DNA of 4,799 nucleotides from a virus (taxonomy: Duplodnaviria; Heunggongvirae; Uroviricota; Caudoviricetes): IMG/VR virus record IMGVR_UViG_2690316166_000016; one strand, 5' to 3'. Below, piece by piece: positions 1 to 4,799 of the stretch (position 1 is the stretch's first letter; each line of letters begins with the position of its first letter). The position numbers and the translations under genes were made by a program. The notes under the pieces are model-generated. The model worked only from the letters and a program-made list of their open reading frames with translations, was not told where the DNA came from and made no database searches.

Positions 1-26
1 GCTGACCCGGCAGCTTAAAAAACTGC

Positions 27-950
27 ATGATGGCCAGCCGGATGCGACGGCCACAGGAAAGAAAGGCCGGGCGAAAAAGGAACGAGAAAAAGGCCGCGCA
101 TAAACGCCAGCGTTTTTCTGTGGACTGGAAAACGCTGCATAACGGGCTTATCTGCCCTGACCGGACGTGGCGGCAAATTGTCACGCTGGAAGATGTGGTT
201 AATCACGGCTGGAAACACACCGATATTGATGAAATTCGTGATGAAAACACCGAAGACGAGTTCCGCAATCTCTATATGTGTGAGTTTGTCCGCGAAGGGG
301 AATCGGCATTTAACCTGAATATCCTGATTGGCTGCGGTGTTGACGGATACGACGACTGGAAAGACTGGAAACCCTTTGCCCCCCGCCCGATGGGGAATCG
401 TCCGGTATGGATTGGGTATGACGCAAACGGCAGCAGTGGTAACGGCGACAGCGGCGCTGTGTCCGTGGTGGTTCCTCCGGCTGTTCCTGGTGGTCGTTTC
501 AGAACGGTGGAGACGCGACGCGTTCAGGGGCTGGAATTTGAAGAGCAGGCCAGAGTTATTGAAGAGTTCACGTATCGCTACAACGTGGAACACATCGGCA
601 TTGATGCGACGGGAGGGCACGGGGATGCCGTCTATCAGATAGTGAAACGGTTTTTTCCCGCCGCCATCCCTTACACCTTCACGCTGTCATCAAAACGGTC
701 GCTGGTACTGAAAATGCTGCAAATAATGCGTGCCGGGCGGTGGGAATACGATCGCGCCGAACGCGAGCTGGTTGCGGCCTTTAACGCCGTGCGTAAGGTG
801 AAAACACCGGGCGGTTTTATCACTTACGAAACGGACCGCGCGAGGGGGATCAGCCACGGCGACCTTGCGTGGGCAACCATGCTTGCTGTCATTAACGAAC
901 CGATTGGCGGCGAAGGAGAAAACGAGCGTTTCACGGTTATGGAGTTCTGA
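27..950 (+). CDS. Phage terminase large subunit, C-terminal nuclease-domain portion (P2 gpP-like); the ATPase part is not in this ORF
   Basis: 307-aa ORF with RNase-H-like terminase nuclease signatures (VWIGYDANGSSGNGDSGAVSVV; EHIGIDATGGHGDAV; ISHGDLAWA) and no Walker A motif. Stop overlaps the next start in TGATG at 948-952. An in-frame TGA at 3-5 means the frame cannot extend upstream; a different frame is open from position 2 to a TAA at 107-109. Family assignment is from memory, not searched. Confidence 0.65.
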   Translation: MMASRMRRPQERKAGRKRNEKKAAHKRQRFSVDWKTLHNGLICPDRTWRQIVTLEDVVNHGWKHTDIDEIRDENTEDEFRNLYMCEFVREGESAFNLNILIGCGVDGYDDWKDWKPFAPRPMGNRPVWIGYDANGSSGNGDSGAVSVVVPPAVPGGRFRTVETRRVQGLEFEEQARVIEEFTYRYNVEHIGIDATGGHGDAVYQIVKRFFPAAIPYTFTLSSKRSLVLKMLQIMRAGRWEYDRAERELVAAFNAVRKVKTPGGFITYETDRARGISHGDLAWATMLAVINEPIGGEGENERFTVMEF

Positions 951-1757
951 TGAGCAGAAAAAATAAAAAAGTGCGCATGAGTTCACGCATTGATCTCGCT
1001 GATGCGCTCAGGAAAGAATCGTCGCTCAGTGCATTCACATTTGATGGTCCTTACCGCCTGACCGGGCATGACCTGCTGGACAATATGTACTGTGCTGATA
1101 ACGGGCGGTGGTATGAAACCCCGGTGGACTGGTACGGTCTGGCAAGAGCTGCCCGGCAAACGTCCTGGCATCAGTCTGCGCTTTACTTTAAGCGCAATGT
1201 ATTGCTCGGCTGCTATATTCCGCACCCGCTGCTTTCCCGGCAGGATTTCTCGGCGCTGGCGCTGGACTGGTTTGTGTTCGGTAACGCATTCCTTGAGCTT
1301 CGGAGCAATATGCTCGGCGAACCGCTTAAATTACGGCACGCCCTGGCGAAATACATGCGACGCGGAAGCGATCTTGAATCATGGTGGTATGTGCAGGATG
1401 GCAAGGATGCGTTTCAGTTTCGTCCTGGCAAAGTGTGCCACCTGATGAATCCGGATATTAACCAGGAAATCTACGGCATGCCGGAATATCTTGGCGCATT
1501 ACTCTCGGCCAGCCTTTCTCATTCGGCGGACATGTTCAGAAAACTGTACTACGACAACGGATCCCACGCCGGGTGCATCATCTACATCGGTGCAGCGCAG
1601 GTAAACCGCGAAAGCATGGACTCCCTGAAAGAAACGCTACAGGGGGCACGTGGTGGTGGTGCGTTTAAAAACGTGCTCATTCATGCGCCCAACGGGGGCA
1701 AAGAGGGGGTGCAAATTTTGCCGTTCCAGCAGATCACCGCAAAGGATGAGTTCATGA
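950..1757 (+). CDS. Phage portal protein (P2 gpQ-like), 5' portion; 3' end hidden in the N-run
   Basis: ATG at 950 preceded by GGAG (941-944); translationally coupled to the terminase stop (TGATG). 269 aa are resolved before the masked region. Terminase-then-portal with a 1-nt overlap is the order I recall for P2 genes P and Q. The frame stays open through the 381 N (a multiple of 3) to a TAA at 2219-2221, but the true stop is probably inside the mask. Confidence 0.6.
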
Positions 1758-2138
1758 NNNNNNNNNNNNNNNNNNNNNNNNNNNNNNNNNNNNNNNNNNN
1801 NNNNNNNNNNNNNNNNNNNNNNNNNNNNNNNNNNNNNNNNNNNNNNNNNNNNNNNNNNNNNNNNNNNNNNNNNNNNNNNNNNNNNNNNNNNNNNNNNNNN
1901 NNNNNNNNNNNNNNNNNNNNNNNNNNNNNNNNNNNNNNNNNNNNNNNNNNNNNNNNNNNNNNNNNNNNNNNNNNNNNNNNNNNNNNNNNNNNNNNNNNNN
2001 NNNNNNNNNNNNNNNNNNNNNNNNNNNNNNNNNNNNNNNNNNNNNNNNNNNNNNNNNNNNNNNNNNNNNNNNNNNNNNNNNNNNNNNNNNNNNNNNNNNN
2101 NNNNNNNNNNNNNNNNNNNNNNNNNNNNNNNNNNNNNN
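1758..2138. other. Masked/unresolved sequence (381 N)
   Basis: Run of n characters; length is a multiple of 3. Hides the portal 3' end and the region immediately downstream. Confidence 0.99.
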
Positions 2139-2167
2139 TGACGCGCTTCGCTTGTCTGCTGCTTCGC

Positions 2168-2192
2168 CGGGGCATAAAAAATTTATGCCCCG
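2168..2192. repeat. Perfect inverted repeat CGGGGCATAAA-aaa-TTTATGCCCCG (11-bp arms, 3-nt spacer)
   Basis: Read directly: arms 2168-2178 and 2182-2192 are exact reverse complements. No T-run follows on either strand, so it is not a canonical intrinsic terminator; it may be a protein-binding site or structural element. Confidence 0.8.
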
Positions 2193-2468
2193 ACTCTCCA
2201 GCTCCTGTATCAGTCAGATAATTTCACGACGCTTTCCTGCTGATTGCCATCATCGACAGTCAGACTCTTACGCAATCCCACCTCGTTGACTGCATATTCT
2301 CGCCGTCTCAGTGCGATTTTGACGGCCTTACCTTTCACCCCATCAAATCAAAAGCCCTCACGTCTTTTTCACGCTCAGCGTGAGAAATACAGCCATTCTG
2401 TTGTATCTCTGCGACATCGTTCAGGGAATGCTATTTACCCCCTGAAACGCGGGCTGTTCCCCCGTCAC

Positions 2469-2522
2469 CTGCGCGCAGAAAAAACGCGTTTTTTTGTGCA
2501 TGCACGGATCCTTGACGGATCC
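2469..2522. promoter_or_regulatory. Cluster of palindromes and short direct repeats between convergent transcription units
   Basis: CTGCGCGCAG (2469-2478); AAAAAACGCGTTTTTT (2479-2494); GTGCATGCAC (2496-2505); ACGGATCC twice (2504-2511, 2515-2522) with a TTGACG between them. Function not determinable; stems are too weak or AU-only for a confident terminator call. Confidence 0.35.
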
Positions 2523-2565
2523 AGCCGCCACGCGGGCCGGAAGGGCAAAAAGTCGTTCAAAAAAA

Positions 2566-2592
2566 TTGTGCAAATTTGTGCACTATTGTGCA
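2566..2592 (+). repeat. Three tandem direct repeats of TTGTGCA at 10-bp phasing
   Basis: TTGTGCA at 2566-2572, 2576-2582 and 2586-2592, with a fourth copy at 2494-2500 inside the GTGCATGCAC palindrome; followed by TATAAA (2595-2600). Helical-turn spacing suggests a protein-binding array (operator-like). Confidence 0.6.
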
Positions 2593-2632
2593 TTTATAAA
2601 ATCAACTAAAAAACACCTAGTGTGACTTACCT

Positions 2633-2818
2633 CTACCACTCGATCGGCACGTAGTCATTAAGTTCCGGAGACCAATTGCACTTTTCACATCTGTGTTTTC
2701 CATTCTGGCAGATACATAAACGATAACGGCCACAATGCGGGCACCCATTTTCACCATTATCATAATCACCGAGCGACCATTCCTGCATAAGCAGCTCTTC
2801 TTCATCATCATTTAGCAT
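2633..2818 (-). CDS. Small Cys-rich protein (61 aa), zinc-ribbon-like, acidic N-terminus; function unknown
   Basis: ATG at 2818 preceded by AAGGGGGA; TAG stop at 2633-2635. Six Cys arranged C-x2-C-x5-C-x1-C-x6-C-x2-C (GCPHCGRYRLCICQNGKHRCEKC). Third gene of a co-oriented operon. Confidence 0.6.
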   Translation of the reverse strand: MLNDDEEELLMQEWSLGDYDNGENGCPHCGRYRLCICQNGKHRCEKCNWSPELNDYVPIEW

Positions 2819-2832
2819 TAATCCCCCTTGAG

Positions 2833-3072
2833 CTATTTACTCTTCTCGGCCCTCAAAATCATACGAGAACCATCATCCAGCTCCCAATTAATTTCACCGC
2901 CTTCTGCCATGACTAGATGCCAAACGAGTTGAGCGGCCTCGTTGGTTACATCGCGACCGCGATCATTTCCTACGCGGCGTTTTGTTCCGTCTCCTAAGTC
3001 ACGCATTTTTGCCAATACGATGGTTTTTGATAGCGGTGAAAAACCAAGCTGTAGTCGTGCTGAATTACTCAC
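2833..3072 (-). CDS. Hypothetical protein (79 aa), function unknown
   Basis: GTG start at 3072 preceded by AAGGGGG with a 6-nt spacer. The start overlaps the stop of the upstream gene as GTGA. An alternative internal ATG would give a shorter product. No recognised family. Confidence 0.55.
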   Translation of the reverse strand: MSNSARLQLGFSPLSKTIVLAKMRDLGDGTKRRVGNDRGRDVTNEAAQLVWHLVMAEGGEINWELDDGSRMILRAEKSK

Positions 3073-3593
3073 TGGCTGCCCCCTTTGTACTGTGTTAACT
3101 CTTCCTGCTCCTGCATCATGCGATTGACCTGAACGCGTGTGCGTCGAACGGCAAAATTAAATTGAAACATGAGCCGGAACATTTCTGATGCTTCCGTGTG
3201 AGCATCACGGATAGGTGACAGGCGGTACAGTTCTGCCTCCGTAGCTTGTTGAATCAATGACAGATCAAATTGAAGTGCGGGTCTGGTACATTTTGCACAT
3301 CTGGCAGCAAGCTCCGGTATTAGTCTCTTAACGAAGGTGTTTTGCACCGCTTTGTTGATTTGTGTCTGCATCCAAATCGCAAATTTCAGCGAACGCATAA
3401 GTTTGATAGCCTCGGGCAGCGGCAGATAGATCATGCTGGTAGATTTGGGTGGTTGGTGAACCATCTTCACGGATACGCGATTTCGCAGCGTTCGGAAAAT
3501 CGTGTTCCCAACAACAGCTTCTACGGATACAGGACAGGGAGCCAGACCAGCCCGCAGTGCTTCTTTCATTAGCATGTATTCGTATTTTTTCAT
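3069..3593 (-). CDS. Hypothetical protein (174 aa), contains one CxxC (CAKC); function unknown
   Basis: ATG at 3593 preceded by GAGGAA with a 6-nt spacer; TGA stop overlapping the downstream GTG start. Basic, no recognised motifs. First gene of the operon. Confidence 0.65.
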   Translation of the reverse strand: MKKYEYMLMKEALRAGLAPCPVSVEAVVGNTIFRTLRNRVSVKMVHQPPKSTSMIYLPLPEAIKLMRSLKFAIWMQTQINKAVQNTFVKRLIPELAARCAKCTRPALQFDLSLIQQATEAELYRLSPIRDAHTEASEMFRLMFQFNFAVRRTRVQVNRMMQEQEELTQYKGGSQ

Positions 3594-3716
3594 CGTGTTT
3601 TCCTCGTGCGGGGCGACAGTGCACCCCGATAAAATTAAAAGCCGTCAAATTCGTCATTCAGGAAATAATGCCCGGATATTCCCTGCTATCTGACTGGTTA
3701 TCTGTGCGGTTGGTAC
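3594..3716 (-). promoter_or_regulatory. 5' leader / possible promoter region of the three-gene operon (also the parR 3' flank)
   Basis: 104-nt spacer between the parR stop and the gene start at 3593. Contains a TTGACG -35-like hexamer (minus strand, plus coordinates 3643-3648) but no convincing -10 at proper spacing. The operon may instead be read through from parMR. Confidence 0.25.
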
Positions 3717-3985
3717 NNNNNNNNNNNNNNNNNNNNNNNNNNNNNNNNNNNNNNNNNNNNNNCTGTCCTGGTTTGTGTCACCGATAACGCCTCATCGTCA
3801 GCCCATGCAGCCAGTCGGTAAGCCTCTGCTGGATTCATTTTCAGAAGTGCCAGCCCGGCCAGAAAAGCCACGCGTTGGCCGCTTTTGCGGGCTTCTGGTG
3901 TAAGGCTGCCCAGCCNNNNNNNNNNNTCGTTCTTGACGGCCGCAGGCTTCAGATAGAAACTTATCCGTCTGGTTGGTGTCGTCAT
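3698..3985 (-). CDS. parR: ParR-like centromere-binding partition protein (type II partition), about 95 aa, partly masked
   Basis: ATG at 3985 preceded by AAGGAG with a 7-nt spacer. N-terminal region (TRRISFYLKPAAVKN ... LGSLTPEARKSGQRVAFLAGLALLKMNP) matches my recollection of the ribbon-helix-helix N-terminus of plasmid R1 ParR. Lies immediately downstream of parM on the same strand. The C-terminus runs through a 46-N mask, so the stop at 3698 is provisional. Confidence 0.6.
   Translation of the reverse strand: MTTPTRRISFYLKPAAVKNXXXXXLGSLTPEARKSGQRVAFLAGLALLKMNPAEAYRLAAWADDEALSVTQTRTXXXXXXXXXXXXXXXXYQPHR
3717..3762. other. Masked/unresolved sequence (46 N)
   Basis: Run of n characters inside the parR 3' region. 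Confidence 0.99.
3916..3926. other. Masked/unresolved sequence (11 N)
   Basis: Run of n characters inside parR; ParR-like sequence continues in the same frame on both sides, so the mask appears to preserve length. Confidence 0.99.
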
Positions 3986-4076
3986 TGGTTTACTCCTTGT
4001 CCATTGCGTACAGCCCATTAACCAGAGCAAACTGTGGCACCCGCTATCCGCGAAGCCTGCGGAGTTAATGCGACTT

Positions 4077-4799
4077 TCATCGCGGACGGGGTGCCACAAT
4101 CTCCGCCCCTCCACCGACAACCATCACCCGCCCGTAACCCGAAAAACCCGCCAGCGCGCGGATCACGCGTTGTTTCAGTGTTTCTTCCTTTTCACGAATA
4201 ACCGCCATCAGGCTGGCGTAATGCGCGTCATTGTGGATGTGCTGGCGCAGCCAGGCTTCATCATGGCGATGTTCGATAATGGTATTGGCGATGTGGTGAC
4301 TGGTGCGCATACCGTTAGTGGCCATCACCGACAGTACGGCATCGGCCATCAGAGAAACGCCTACGTGTGGATCGCAAAACACCTGGCTGATACCTGCCAG
4401 TTGCCCCTGAACCTTTGCCACATCCAGCGTGGTTCCGCCCAAATCCACAATCAGCAGGGATTCAAACGGACTCATGTCAGCCAGTGCCTTAAAGCCAGCC
4501 GGAATGGATTCAGGCATAACCCGCACGTTACGGATAGTGAATGCTTCGCCGTTCTGGTACTCCACCGGGCGCATAACGTTCGCTTTTTTGCGGTTGATGT
4601 TGGCCATGTCCGGCTGTGCGTTTGTGTCGAAATACTCGCTCAGTGGCAGGGTGACAACCACATCCACCTCCTGTGGCGTGATGCCTGATTTGACCAGCGC
4701 GTGATGAATGGCAATGACATTTACATCGCTGTACTGGTATTGCGTGTCGGTTGTCTGGACAAAGCGATCGCTGACCGGATCAAAACCATAGCGCACGCC
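4077..4799 (-). CDS. parM: ParM/StbA actin-like plasmid partition ATPase; N-terminus lies beyond the window end, 3' end apparently truncated or frameshifted
   Basis: Frame open to the window edge. Actin-fold motifs present: LIVDLGGTTLDV (phosphate-2), VMPESIPAG, VMVVGGGAE (adenosine motif). Extensive similarity to R1 ParM as I recall it (YSDVNVIAIHHAL, EVDVVVTLPL). The ORF stops only 7 codons after GGGAE. Confidence 0.8.
   Translation of the reverse strand, partial: GVRYGFDPVSDRFVQTTDTQYQYSDVNVIAIHHALVKSGITPQEVDVVVTLPLSEYFDTNAQPDMANINRKKANVMRPVEYQNGEAFTIRNVRVMPESIPAGFKALADMSPFESLLIVDLGGTTLDVAKVQGQLAGISQVFCDPHVGVSLMADAVLSVMATNGMRTSHHIANTIIEHRHDEAWLRQHIHNDAHYASLMAVIREKEETLKQRVIRALAGFSGYGRVMVVGGGAEIVAPRPR

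Noticed and set aside
15-620. 201-aa minus-strand ORF
   Set aside because: Entirely antisense to the terminase ORF, which has clear nuclease motifs; low-complexity R/H/P-rich translation; no RBS. Treated as a shadow ORF.
328-642. 104-aa plus-strand ORF in an alternative frame
   Set aside because: Nested in the terminase gene in another frame; no motif or RBS support.
690-986. 98-aa minus-strand ORF
   Set aside because: Antisense to the terminase 3' end and portal start; no support.
983-1445. Three ORFs (80, 125 and 63 aa) overlapping the portal gene
   Set aside because: Alternative-frame or antisense shadows of the portal coding region.
1681-2175. 164-aa minus-strand ORF
   Set aside because: Almost entirely translated from N characters; an artefact of the mask.
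2168-2192. Rho-independent terminator
   Set aside because: A good G:C-containing stem but no U-tract on either strand; kept only as an inverted repeat.
2139-2221. Extension of the portal ORF through the mask to a TAA at 2219-2221
   Set aside because: The frame is open only because the N-run has no stops. The post-mask 26 codons contain the 2168-2192 palindrome and look non-coding. A P2-type portal would be expected to end inside the mask, so the 3' end is left undetermined.
2371-2385. Hairpin TCACGC-tca-GCGTGA
   Set aside because: Short 6-bp stem with the T-run on the wrong side for a terminator on either strand; likely incidental.
2566-2592. Possible CRISPR array
   Set aside because: Repeats are only 7 bp with 3-bp spacers; far too short for a CRISPR repeat-spacer structure.
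2244-2609. 121-aa plus-strand ORF
   Set aside because: TTG start, no Shine-Dalgarno, R/S/P-rich low-complexity translation, and it spans the palindrome/repeat-rich intergenic region. Judged non-coding.
2222-2632. tRNA, small RNA or att site in the intergenic region
   Set aside because: No cloverleaf-compatible conserved tRNA motifs (T-loop GTTCRANYC-like) were seen, and an att core cannot be identified from one sequence without a comparison partner.
2617-2811. 64-aa minus-strand ORF
   Set aside because: Overlaps the 61-aa Cys-rich gene in another frame; the Cys-rich frame has a far better RBS and a coherent motif pattern.
2942-3127. 61-aa plus-strand ORF
   Set aside because: Antisense to the 79-aa and 174-aa operon genes; no RBS.
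3328-3787. Several overlapping ORFs (109 aa minus; 76, 112 and 63 aa plus)
   Set aside because: All overlap the 174-aa gene in antisense or alternative frames, or run into the N mask; no independent support.
4068-4704. 206-aa and 91-aa plus-strand ORFs
   Set aside because: Antisense to parM, which has unmistakable actin-fold ATPase motifs.

Overview
4,799-nt window with three N-masked stretches (1758-2138, 3717-3762, 3916-3926). All calls rest on reading the six-frame translations and on recalled protein families; no database search was run. Plus strand, left third: the 3' (nuclease-domain) part of a phage terminase large-subunit gene, whose stop overlaps (TGATG) the start of a portal-like gene. 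This terminase-then-portal arrangement ending an operon resembles the P-Q packaging operon of P2-family phages; the portal 3' end and whatever follows it are masked. Next comes ~490 nt of apparently non-coding DNA (2139-2632) dense in palindromes and short direct repeats. Minus strand, right two-thirds: a partial parM (actin-like type II partition ATPase, N-terminus beyond the window, 3' end apparently disrupted), then parR, then a compact three-gene operon of small proteins I cannot assign to any family (174, 79 and 61 aa; the last is Cys-rich and zinc-ribbon-like). That operon is the best candidate for an undescribed accessory system, but its function cannot be read from sequence alone. No tRNA, rRNA, CRISPR array or recognisable IS/transposase was seen.
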